DNA of 64,000 bases from Epiperipatus broadwayi (lineage: Eukaryota; Animalia; Onychophora), in the NCBI GenBank assembly GCA_028023455.1, contig JAQFVV010000011.1:3968001-4032000 (forward strand), written 5' to 3'. The notes under the pieces were generated by a model, which saw only the letters and a program-made list of their open reading frames with translations, searched no databases and was not told where the DNA came from. Below, piece by piece: positions 34,600 through 45,285 of this stretch (its first letter is position 1; every line of letters begins with the position of its first letter). The position numbers and the translations under genes are program-made.

Positions 34600-37500
34600 T
34601 ACTTTTTATGTTATTATCATAAATTAACTCACCCAATATTTTGGTTGCTTATATATATTAACTCTTTTTATTCTGCATACTAGTTCTCCATCTCTCCAAT
34701 TCTCAATTTTATTAATGCATCTATTCTTATATCCTATTCACACTTACTATAATACTTAACAATCCTCCTAACATAATCACCCCACCTTTTGTGCAAGTAT
34801 ACTGACATAAAGTCTTTATCCAATCTTCTGCACATCATACTCTCCTTTCTCACCAATATTGCTGCCTGTTCTTTATTTGTAACCCAATTAAATATTATTT
34901 TGTTTCTTCTCTTATCATCCATAAACTGCAATCTACCAAACATTTTCAATTTGGTTTTTACACCTATCATATAAAAACTTTACTATTCCATTTCTCCTTG
35001 AATTGCCTTCTTTGCTGTCCACCTTCTTTGCTGTCCACACATCTGCATCTAATGCATGTCTTCCTACTTCTCTTTGTACTTTTTTAAGTAACCTAACACC
35101 TCTTTATTAATACATAATGCATCATTATGATAAGTTAACCCTGCCACTTCCATACAGTTCTAACAACATCATATTTATTATATAAAACACTGTTAATTTC
35201 TTTATCAGTCTGTTTAGTTTCATTTATCAATTTTTTCTCCTATTCATCCAAGCAATTTCTCTGATTACTTAAGATGATTTCAAAATAGTTATACATATTC
35301 ACACATTTAACTTTACATCTCTCAACAAAAATGCTTTCTCTACTCTTTCCCCAGCATTTATCATTATTACATTTGATGTTTTTTCACTAAGTTTAATCTT
35401 CATCTTTTTATCCATCCTTGGATACATCTGCAGCTTCTATATCTTCCCTACTTTCTGTGCACAAAAAATATCAACAATTAAAAGACCTGATAATATATAC
35501 ACTCCCTTGCCATCTATTAATGGTATCTCTACCCCTTTTCCTAGTCTTTTTATTGCTCTCTTCATTTCTCTCAAATATAACACAAACAAAACTTAGAGCA
35601 TCCTTGCCTTAGTCCCACCCCACTTTTAACTCTAACTGATTCTATATTTCCTAATTGATATATATAGTAATCATTTCATACAATCTCTTAATAACATCTA
35701 ATAAAGTTCCATTCATTCCCAATTTTATTAAACTTACCCATATTCTATTTCCATTTACTATATTATATGCCTTCTCTATATCTATAAAAACCATATATAA
35801 CTGTCTACCTATATTTCTACTCATATCTATAAGTTATGTGACTACAAATAAATTATCTCATATGTGCTTATACATTTTAAAACCTTCTTTCATTTCTCCC
35901 ACTATATTATTTTCTTCTATTTGGACATCTTTCTAGCTACCATATATGCAAAAACTTTATATAACACTGAGTATCAGTTTATAATTGTTTATCTTTCTAT
36001 GGTCATTATCCTTTCTTTTAAATAATAGTTTTACTCTTGTATCATTTCAGCTTTCTGGAAATTCTGTCTTCTGTGCCATCTTATTTAAATGTAATAGATT
36101 TTATTTTACCCTATTTCACAAACTCATTGTCATTTCTGCTGCCCATACATTTAAACCTCTTGCTTTCCCACTTTTCAATTTCTTTCCTGACTCATTCAAA
36201 TCATTTTCCATAAAAATAATATTTTCATTACTCTGTGTTTTTATTTTAGTTATCACTTCAAATATAACAATTTTTCTTATCAATTACATACTTATTTAAG
36301 ATGGTTTCTAATTCTTTTCTAGAACTATATTATTTTCTCTCATCATTTAGTAATACTATTTCTCTCTCCCCTACATTTCTTCATTTAATATATTTCAAAT
36401 TTTTTTTACTCCCATCTCATCCACTTTTATATTAACTTTTATAATTTACTATTTAATTTCATTCTCTCTATATAATTACTTATTTTACCCAATTTCTTTT
36501 TTAAAATAGGTTCTCCATTTAATATTAACATCCTTTTCACGTTCTTTGTTTTTAATAGCATAGTTATCTTCTCTGCTTGTTTTTTCCTCTCTTTTACACT
36601 TTACTAATTCTCATTTTTTTATTACTTTTATTCTTCTGAATATTCTCAACTAAACCCCTATTTGTCACTTTTTCTATTTTATCACACCAGTCCTTACATT
36701 TATCCCCAACAAACTCTTCTATGATTTCTTCTTCTTTTATTTTATATTCTTCTAACTTATTATTATCATTCATTCTTCATTCACATATTTCACTATCCTT
36801 TCTACTTTTATTACTATTTTCCACCACAATACTAATCATTTCTATTATAAAGAAATTGTGATCACTGTTACATACTCTTCATTCATGATCAAATACTTTA
36901 ATTTTCTGTACTTTATTCTTTCCCTCTTTCTTTGCTAATACATAATGTATTATGTTAAATATTTTTAGACCATATGTATTGTCCCTCATAAATATTTGTA
37001 TAAATTTCTTATGCTCAAATTCACTCTCTGACAAAAATTTTCCAAAATCTGTCCATTCTTGTTATCCACAACAACAATTTCTTCAATATGCTCATTTATA
37101 TTCCCATAAGCACTATTTCCTTTACTTTTTTTTTTGAAACTATATATATATTTAACTAGGCATTCATATATGCTACTGTTTTACTCAATTATAGTTTGAC
37201 TATCTCCAGTGGTCATATCCGATATAGCCATGGTCAATTCTTGCCCTTCCTGACATCTCAAACCACAAATGTTCTTGACACTATACAATATTTAAATTTG
37301 ACATAACTCCTATCCCACCACCCCTTTTATCTTTTATTTTCTATTTATACTCTACCATACCAAATCTTCCAGTATAGTTTATTATTCTCTTACATATGTT
37401 TTCACTACTGCTAATATCTTCAAGTCCTTCATTTCTAACTGCTTTAATTCCAGCCATTTTCTGGTCTCCTATCACCTTGCATATTAAAATATCCAATTTT

Positions 37501-37700
37501 TAACATTTTTTTCCTCTTACTACCTTTTATAAATTCTTTTGATTCTTTCTTCTCTATTACATTTTTAATTAGCTTGTTAATTATTAGTTTTACAGACTCA
37601 TTCCCTCTCTACATCTACATTTACATCTGAATCATCTACCTCTTTGTTTACTTCTTACAACCCATCCCATTCTTTTTTTCCTCAGTGATGAAAGCTTTTA
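34600..37700 (-). mobile_element. Degenerate RTE-like LINE ORF2 (APE-RT)
   Basis: Minus-strand motifs: KSGKARGLNVWAAEM (KAPGxDG-like, ~36140-36180), VGLRQGCS (35598-35615), MKIKLSEKTS (GLxINxxKT-like), and C-terminal KLKMFGRLQFMDDKRRNK...KRWGDYVR (ORF 34734..34970). The many plus-strand ORFs here are antisense shadows. Confidence 0.75.
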
Positions 37701-37729
37701 TTCATCAAAAAGACAAAATACACAATAGT

Positions 37730-38650
37730 TAAAAAAGGTTTACAAAGAGATGATTACATGGCAAAATGAAATTCAAGTATAATATGGTGAATGGGAAAGG
37801 AATACATATGAAATGGGAAGGGGATATGGAAAGGGTGTGTAGTCCAGGCAAAGAAGAGTCTTTGGTAAGGAGCAATGTTGATAGGCTTGGTTGCCTTGGT
37901 AGATTGATAAGAGGATCCATATGTGACATTAACTTTGGAGGAATTGTTATATGTTAAGTCTTTAGAGGTTTCAGGGGTGGATGGGGAGATTTCTGAGTAA
38001 TGCTTAGATGCAACAGGCTGATTTTTGTCTTTTGTAGATGGGTAACTTTAGTTTTTCCCATTGAACTTGGAATGATGTTATGATTGGTTAAGTCTTTAGA
38101 GGTTTCAAGGAAGGATGGGAAGATTTCTGAGTAATGCTTAGATGCAACAGGCTGATTTTTGTCTTTTGTAGATGGGTAACTTTAGTTTTTCCCATTGAAC
38201 TTGGAATGATGTTATGATTGATCATGTTGTTCTTTTTGGCTTGGTTTTTACCTTTGATAGAGCAAACCACAGCCTGAAAGGAAGGAAAATCCAGAGGGCA
38301 AAGAGATGGTGTCTTTGAAATAAGTTCTTTGATAATAATGCTTTTAGTTAAGTTTTGTTTGAGATTCAATTTGGGTAAAATTTTGGTAAATTTTGAATGT
38401 TTTAGTTCATGTAGTTTAGGTCTCTGCACATTCTTTCCGCTAGGGGTAGTGGCCATCTTTAAACCAGTTGAAAGAATGGAAAGTAATATGAAGAAAACAA
38501 TTTGGAAATGGGAAAAATTAAATATATTGATGTAAAAGCAAAAAAAAAAAAAACACTGGAAAACTTATTGTTAATAATTTTAGTTGAGTAATGAGAAAAT
38601 TGAGTGGAATTTTAGGTGGTTAGTTACGCCAGAAGAGAGGGTGTCTGAAA
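37730..38650 (-). mobile_element. Probable 5' end (5'UTR + ORF1 N-terminus) of a separate LINE
   Basis: ORF 38088..38456 starts MATTPSGKNVQRPKL..., has a C-rich coding strand unlike the adjacent purine-rich RTE, and is preceded by a pyrimidine-rich leader. No diagnostic domain was recognised. Confidence 0.4.
37953..38220. repeat. 134-bp tandem duplication
   Basis: 37953-38086 and 38087-38220 are near-identical (GTTAAGTCTTTAGAGGTTTCA...GGAATGATGTTATGATTG). Confidence 0.95.
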
Positions 38651-39020
38651 GAAAAAAAGATCGTTAAAAATGGCCCAAATAACTGGAACTACACACAAAA
38701 AAACTTCATAAAAAGATGGAATAAAACCCTTTATGATCCATGAAACAGTTGAACCATCCACCAAACAGGGGGGTGGTTAAATGCTAATAAGCACAAGGTA
38801 GACATAGGGAAATTATGTTTAAAATGCACTAAAACTGAGATTTAGTGAATGGAAGAGTACATTAGCAGCAAAATAAGGCCTTTAAAGGACCAAATAAATA
38901 TAAAAGGTACCTTTCACTGCTGCAAAACCAACTTTTCAGAACCATTCTGTGAGAGCTATGAGGAGAATGACTTTCCAGTAAGAACTCCATTTTAACCTTT
39001 ATTTTGATAATACGATGAGT

Positions 39021-39390
39021 AGAGACAAAACTCTCCATACAGTAGTGCCACCCAGGTAAGCCAGAGTGATCAATGGATGCAAGGTTTGTGCATAAAACCC
39101 CTATATAGTGCCTACTCATCCAATATCCTCAGACTACTTTTTAGCTTGTGACCTGAGAGCCCTGCATCTAGATCTTAGAATGCTGGAGAGTTGTATTAGA
39201 TTCTAAAATCTAGTGTGCAGTGCTCTCAGATTCAAGGCTCATCACTGATGAAAGCCACAAGCTAAAAACTAATCTGGGGATATTGGATGCCTAGGTACAA
39301 GATAGCAATTTTATGAACAAACCTTTTTGCATCCATTCATTACTTTGGCTTGTACTGGATGGCACTACTGTAAGGAGAGTTTTGTCGCTG
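39021..39390. mobile_element. Family A tail-out inverted pair
   Basis: AGACAAAACTCTCCATACAGTAGTGCCACCCAG is mirrored by CTGGATGGCACTACTGTAAGGAGAGTTTTGTC. A decayed HHR lies at 39239-39280 (+): TCATCA-CTGATGA-AAGCCACAAGCTA-AAAA-CTA-ATC-TGGGGA. Confidence 0.88.
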
Positions 39391-40084
39391 TTAAATCGTA
39401 TATGTGTGTAATAAAAAATTATAATCAATTATCTAGTTAGTTATACTAGGGAATCATATGATATGTACCAGAAATGAAAAAAGAGCTTCAATCACTCTAC
39501 TACTGAGTTAAATCACATATAGCTATGTGTTTATATATATATATTAAAGTAAATTTGTGCAACTTTCTTTCTACAAGCAGTTTGTTTATTCTTTAAACTG
39601 TTTTTTTTATTACTAAACCTTTAAAAAAACAAACAATTTAACAATCTGAGTTATATCTTAAACAATGCATAAATTAATAAACTTTATAGTGTTTTATTAT
39701 AAACAAAAGTAATTTTAATTTTTTATTTAATTAGAAAAGTTATTTTAAAATAATTCCTTTATTATAACTTCTTATTTACATAATTAATTTAACAGTGTTT
39801 ACATAAATAAAATTTACATAAAAATGATGTAATTAAAATAAAAAATCCCCCGCCTCCCAAACATATACAAATTGAATTAAATATACAAAAAAGTGGAGGT
39901 AGGAATGATAGATTTTATAATCTAAAATGATATTTCATCTATCGATCTTTATAGATAGATAAGTTAATAATTTTTATTAGTCATTCGTTTGACTAGAGAT
40001 TATTCACTTCATGATTAACACCATTCTCACTCAAATAAGTAGTTACGTTTGCTTGAAGGTTTGTGATAATGGTATTTTAAGATG

Positions 40085-40852
40085 TTGTAATATGTTTGAC
40101 TATTTACCATTACCTATCATTAAATGTTGAATGTCTAGAAAGTTTTAAACTTTTCAAAATAGAAACAACTGCTTATAATAACCCACAAATCAGTAGATAA
40201 CCCAGGTTGATGGCATACACACTATTTTGACTGGTATTATTCTCCACTGTTCTTCAGGTGTTGTTGGCCTGGTCAGTGACACTGCTAGCATAGGAGTGAA
40301 ATTTATACCTTTAGATTCCTGAATATCGAATTTTAAGGCAATACTCTAATCGGAGTAGCTGTCGATTAAAGCATTGCCTTAAAATTTAATATTCAAGAAT
40401 CTAAAAGTGTAAGTTTGACTCCTATGCTATTATTCTCATTGGTCAGTCCATCAACATCTGAAGAAGAGTGGAAAATAATGACACTCGAAACACTGTGTAG
40501 CCTACTAACTTGTGTTGTCTTTGTGTGTTATTACTAATAGTTGTTTGTATTTGGAAAAGTTTACATAAATTTACAATTTTTCTAGACATTCAACATTTAA
40601 TGATAGATGTAATAATGAATTTACTTCATTAATCTTTTTATAATTACTATGCTAGCTCTAAACGCACATCAGTAAAGCTACGTATATTAATGCTAACCCA
40701 AAATCATTAGTAGCATAAGTTATGAATATGGGAATATGTAAGTACCGAAAGTGCTAAGCTTGAAAGTTTTTTGGAAGAAAAATAGTTTCACTGATGTGCA
40801 TTTAGAGCCCAGCATAGTAATTAATGATAGGTGATGAAAATAGTCCAACATC
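40085..40852. mobile_element. Family C head-to-head inverted pair (tRNA-like head, HHR-like motif, PLE-like tail), right arm interrupted
   Basis: Arms mirror about AGCT at ~40357-40360 out to CTAGACATTCAACATTTAATGATAG. The mirror resumes at 40824-40852 after an insertion. The right arm has CTGAAGA-A-GAGTG...CACTC-GAAA-CACTGTGTA at 40458-40499. Confidence 0.8.
40641..40823. mobile_element. Small MITE with ~40-bp TIRs nested in family C
   Basis: TAATTACTATGCTAGCTCTAAACGCACATCAGTAAAGCTA vs TAGTTTCACTGATGTGCATTTAGAGCCCAGCATAGTAATTA. Confidence 0.8.
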
Positions 40853-41093
40853 GTATCTCAGTAGTCATGTGAAATTACAGCTCGATTGAGAAAGCACACT
40901 TCTTGTTCAGTCCATTTCCATAAATTATTGCCTCACATTAGAAAAATGTTTGTAAGTAATATAATTGTTACTTTAAATTTACAATTTTGATACTTTAAAT
41001 GAACACAATAGTATGGGCAGCATGGTTAGATGCAATAGACTTTAGAGTCTAAAATCCACAAGTGATGTCCAGCTCTGTCACTACTGGTTTTCA

Positions 41094-41134
41094 TCCCCAG
41101 ACCGGTTTCGACCTATGGGTCTCTTCAGTGAGGA
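41094..41134 (-). ncRNA. Minimal type-I hammerhead ribozyme of PLE type (canonical core)
   Basis: Minus strand reads TCCTCA-CTGAAGA-GACC-CATA-GGTC-GAAA-CCG-GTC-TGGGGA. It has a 6-bp stem I, a perfect G-C-closed stem II, a palindromic ACCGGT stem III and a GUC cleavage triplet. Confidence 0.85.
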
Positions 41135-41374
41135 GTAGGGACATTAGATCTAAAAAAACCAACTCAAGCAAAGCATTTATCTAAAAGATAATTGTTAGAA
41201 GAAGATCTGAAACTTTTAGACATCTACATGTCTTTAAAGTCAGCTCTCCAACTGAAAAAAAAAATCATATGGGACTGAACTTAATTCAGATACTCCATAT
41301 ATTAGTAGGCTTAGCTCTTTAATTTAGCTAAATTTGCAGTAGGTTTTCGAACCCCTCCAAACACCAACAGGATT

Positions 41375-41740
41375 TTGAACAATTCTAAGGACAAAATTGA
41401 CCTACAATCAACACCACATGTGGTGTATAAGTTGACATGCCCTCAGGCAAACTGCGGTTCAGTATACTATGGTGAGACTCGGGCCACTATAAACAACAGA
41501 GTGGCTCAGCATAAATACTTATACAAAAGAGTATTAAGAACAAACGAAGGCAGCTCAGTATTTGTGGACCACCAAAAAGAGGCTAATCATGAATTTGAAC
41601 CTGCAAATGCTAGGATAATTGCAACTGAAAGAAATGACATCAAAAGGAAGGTGAAAGAAGCATGGTATATATCAAGAGATTTGAAAGCAATAAACAGGAG
41701 AGACACATGCTTTTCCATTTCAAAGAGATGGACAATATAA
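41375..41740 (+). CDS. GIY-YIG endonuclease domain of a Penelope-like retroelement (truncated fragment)
   Basis: VVYKLTCPQANCGSVYYGETRATINNRVAQH...DHQKEANHEF...RKVKEAWYI...INR shows the GIY/YIG-like strands and the R..EH, H..H and E...I...NR motifs typical of PLE endonucleases. There is no true start codon in frame. Confidence 0.88.
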   Translation: MNNSKDKIDLQSTPHVVYKLTCPQANCGSVYYGETRATINNRVAQHKYLYKRVLRTNEGSSVFVDHQKEANHEFEPANARIIATERNDIKRKVKEAWYISRDLKAINRRDTCFSISKRWTI

Positions 41741-42243
41741 ATAAGCTTGCATAGATTTGCATAAATTACTACGTTAAAAGGCTATGAATATGAGTGTAAG
41801 CTCTGAAAGCGCTTAGCCTTAAGAAATATTAATATAATCGTTGAATTTAATTTCACTATATACGTTAAGCGTATTTAATATTACATTGTTATCAATAGTG
41901 AAGAAAAAATCGGAAACTTATTATGAAATCCTGCACAATAAAGCTATATGATTACTTTATTTTTTAATACAATAGTATAATAATAAGATTAAAAAGCAAT
42001 GGAAAAAATAAACTGATTAATCAATCCATATTTATTTGCATTCAAAACTCTTTAAAAGATACAGAGAATTCAAATAAATATATCTCAGATTACATTAAAA
42101 TGTAAATTGAGTTGTCCCTTTTTTCTTAAAAAAAACAGGCAAAACTCTCCATACAATAGTGCCACTCAGTGCAAGCCAAAATAATCAATGGATGCCAAAA
42201 GGCTTGTACATAAAATCCTCATCTAGTGCCTATTCATCCAATA

Positions 42244-42285
42244 TCCCCAGACTAATTTCTGGCTTGTGACCTTCATCAGTGATGA
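42244..42285 (-). ncRNA. Hammerhead-like motif, family A
   Basis: Minus strand reads TCATCA-CTGATGA-A-GGT-CACAA-GCC-A-GAAA-TTA-GTC-TGGGGA. Confidence 0.52.
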
Positions 42286-42419
42286 GCCTTGGATCTGAGA
42301 GCACCGCAACTAGATCTTAGGATCTAATGCAACCCCTCCAGCAGCCATCACCTTTTATCTCTACTTAACTACAAAACGATGAGTCTTAAATTGAAAACAC
42401 AATATTTTTAATCCAAGGC

Positions 42420-42461
42420 TCCTCACTGATGAAGGCCACAAGCCAGAAACTAGACTGGGGA
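42420..42461 (+). ncRNA. Hammerhead-like motif, family A (cleavage triplet mutated to GAC)
   Basis: TCCTCA-CTGATGA-A-GGC-CACAA-GCC-A-GAAA-CTA-GAC-TGGGGA. Confidence 0.5.
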
Positions 42462-43387
42462 TATTGGATGAGTAGGCACTAGATGGGGATTTTATGCACA
42501 AGCCTTCTGGAATCCATTGATTTACTCTGGCTTGCACTGAGTGACAGTATTGTATGGAGATTTTTGCCTGCTTTAATAACAGTTATAAGCAAGCATAAGA
42601 AATGATGATCATGTGATGTTTATTGGCCCTTTTTTCTTACTATTATTTCTTTTTGCATACTCCTAAATATGAGTTTCCACATTTGCACTCGTTTCTTAAA
42701 ACTTGATGTTAAAATTTTAGAGACACACATTCACTTATTTTTTTTTATCTTCCTTTGAGTGATCCAATATGAGTTAAATTCTGTGAAACTATTAAAATGA
42801 GTAAATAAAAAGCAAACTCCATTAAAATAATGACTGTTTAAACAATGGGATGCAATCAATATCTTTAAAAATTCGGGCAGTGCTATATTATTGCAAATAT
42901 AATTTTAACCAAGTTTAGGGGTGCAGGCCATACTTTGATCACCTATCTGCATCATTCATCACTTTATTATCATGCTGCAACATCTTTAAAATGCTATTGT
43001 TATTATGGTTTTATAAAAAGTTTGAAATAGTATATGACAAAATAATTTCTTTTTAGCAAAATAATTGCACTAATGATAACTGATTTAATAAGAGTTGAAA
43101 GTTTAGTTGTGCTAAAAACAGATCCTAATTCAATCTTAATGGTAGAAAACTTGATGTTCCTTTTTTGTAAATAACTGCTACTAATGATAAATTTTAAAAA
43201 ATGCTAAACATTAAAATTATGCATTAGAAAGATAGTCATGTTACTGAAACAAGGAATCTCTTAAGGGATGCATTGAAAATAAGAATATCTGTTGATGAAT
43301 TCACTAAAACAAAAACTCCTGACAGATCTTTTATAATGATTGTGCTATGAGTGACTTAAGAAAAAGTGGGATTCTTTGCTTAGAAAT

Positions 43388-43527
43388 AAAGAAAAAAAGA
43401 AAGAAAGAAAGAGAGAGAAAAAAGAGAGAAAGAAAGAAAGAGAGAGAAAAAAGAAAGAAAGAAAGATAGGGAGGAAAAATAAAGAAAGAGAGAAAGAAAG
43501 AAAGAAAAAGAGAAAGAGAGAAAGAAA
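43388..43527. repeat. Purine-only (GAAA/GA)n microsatellite
   Basis: Read directly from the sequence. Confidence 0.92.
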
Positions 43528-43705
43528 CTAAATAAAGGTTGATGTTATATAAATAGTATATGCATCAAAGACATGTGCAATGACTAAGAATGATTTGGTA
43601 GATTAAAACTGTAAAGGAAATAGTCATTTACAGAGGGAAAAGTGAAGAAATCAGGAGGAACCTCATAGATAAGTATATAAAATTACTACATAATGTTGCC
43701 TTTTG

Positions 43706-43975
43706 CAGGAAGGCTCAGTTGGTTAGAGTGTTACCTTAAAATTCAAAACTCAAGAATCTAAGAACCCAGGTTTGAATCCCATGCTAGTATTGTCACTGGT
43801 CAGGCCATCAACACCTGAAGAAGAGGGGAGACTAATACCTCTTGAAACATTGTGCATGTACTAACCTGTTTGATGTACTATTACTAACAGTTGAATGTAT
43901 TTGGAATATTTAAATAAAGTTACATTTTTCTAAAGACATTCAATACACATATTAGATGATAGAAATAGTCCAATA
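43706..43975 (+). mobile_element. Family C single copy: tRNA-derived head + HHR-like motif + PLE-like tail
   Basis: A-box-like GGCTCAGTTGGTTAGAG (43712-43728), B-box-like GGTTTGAATCC (43769-43779), then CTGAAGA-AGAGG...CCTCT-T-GAAA (43815-43847). It aligns with both arms at 40.1-40.6 kb. Confidence 0.78.
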
Positions 43976-44039
43976 TAAAAATTCAACTAAAATAATGTGA
44001 ATCAGGAAAATATATTTACTTATGATATTCTTTTAAGTA

Positions 44040-44180
44040 GGAATGATGACTTTTAAGCAGATAAAGAGAACACATTGATCACTTTTAAATACAAAATTGT
44101 TTTTAATGATATACCCATCTGATCACCTTTTTTAGATTTGGAAATATACACAACTCATTTCTAATCTTAAAAAATAAAAT
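44040..44180 (+). mobile_element. Possible LINE APE C-terminal fragment
   Basis: An IDHF-like segment is followed by YPSDHLFLDLEI. Only two short motifs support this. Confidence 0.3.
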
Positions 44181-44978
44181 CTCTATGTTAGCTTCAAAAT
44201 ACTTAAAGGTTTTGACTCATATAATACTAAAGAATCCAAAAATTTATAAGTTATTGTAAAGTCTTTCCACTTTTGAGCTGTTTCCAAATCTAAATAAGTT
44301 AATTAAACATTTATATCAGAATTCCATATACAAAAATGTTCAATATTCTCTTATTACTGTCAGATATTACAATTATTTACTACAAAAAAGAACTCTCATG
44401 CATATTATGAGTAGAGGACTTTCAGTTGTAGATTTAGTTTTAGAGAATCAAGAACTATTATATGGATTTTTCCCAGATAAATGCAAAAAAATATTGTGGA
44501 TGAAAAGCATAATATACTGTGTGATTTGATTAAGATATTGATTCCAATTCTATATAATTTTTACTAGTGGAAAAAATCTGAAGCATAACAAATATTTGCT
44601 ATCTCCATATTGCTTTTTATTTTTACAACAGTATCCAGTGGAACAGTTTACATATGTGTTTATCTTCATGTTTCAGACATCAAATTACAATATTATTGTT
44701 AAAGTGTAGATTTTTAATCTGAACCAATTAAAGCACTCTTTCAGCAACTAGTGTTCCAAAGACGTGAGTTCCCATTGCCAGTAAAAGAAAGACTAATCTT
44801 CAACTGGATATTAACAATATGAAATTAATTTAAATATCTTGGTAGATTTGTTTAGGCAGAAATGTGAGTTTGGGTGTTGAATTGTAACACACGTAACTGT
44901 GTGATGAACACACAACAAGTAAAAAATAGAACATTTGATCATAGTAATGTAATTATTTGAATGATGTTACTTACCCAA

Positions 44979-45285
44979 AGACAAAACTCCATACAGTAGT
45001 ACTACTCAGTGCAAGCCAGAGTAAATACTGGATGCAGAAAGGTTTGTATATAAAATCTTAAGTGCAGTGCTCTCAGATCCAAGGTTTCTCACTGATGGAA
45101 GCCACAAACTAGAAACTAGTCTGGGGATATTGGATCAAGTAGGCACTAGGTAGGTATTTTATACACAAACCTTCCAGCATCCATTATTTACTCTGGCTTG
45201 TATTGAATGGCATTTCTGTATGGAAAGTTTTGCCTATGTGTAAACAGCTTGTGTAAGCATAAAGAATGCTGATCATGTGATCGTT
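44979..45285. mobile_element. Family A asymmetric tail-out inverted pair
   Basis: A short left arm (AGACAAAACTCCATACAGTAG...ATAAAATC) is followed by a longer right arm with a decayed HHR at 45086-45127 (CTGATGG core; GAAA-CTA-GTC-TGGGGA intact). Confidence 0.85.

Larger units (their letters stand above)
41000..41950 (+). mobile_element. 5'-truncated Penelope-like element with an inverted terminal-repeat piece at its 5' junction
   Basis: GIY-YIG ORF preceded by linker remnants (TPYISRLSS, GFRTPPNT...SKDKI), with a PLE-type hammerhead on the opposite strand upstream. Boundaries are approximate. Confidence 0.85.
42135..42620. mobile_element. Family A tail-out inverted pair with an HHR motif in each arm
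   Basis: CAGGCAAAACTCTCCATAC...CAGTGATGAGCCTTGGA is mirrored by TCCAAGGCTCCTCACTG...GTATGGAGATTTTTGCCTG. HHRs lie at 42244-42285 (-) and 42420-42461 (+). Confidence 0.9.

Noticed and set aside
34233-37137. Run of hydrophobic plus-strand ORFs resembling membrane proteins
   Set aside because: They are antisense shadows of the purine-rich RTE-like LINE.
41890-41925. AGTGAAGA...CGGAAAC as the second PLE hammerhead
   Set aside because: It lacks the CTGA core and stem II, so it is too degenerate to call.
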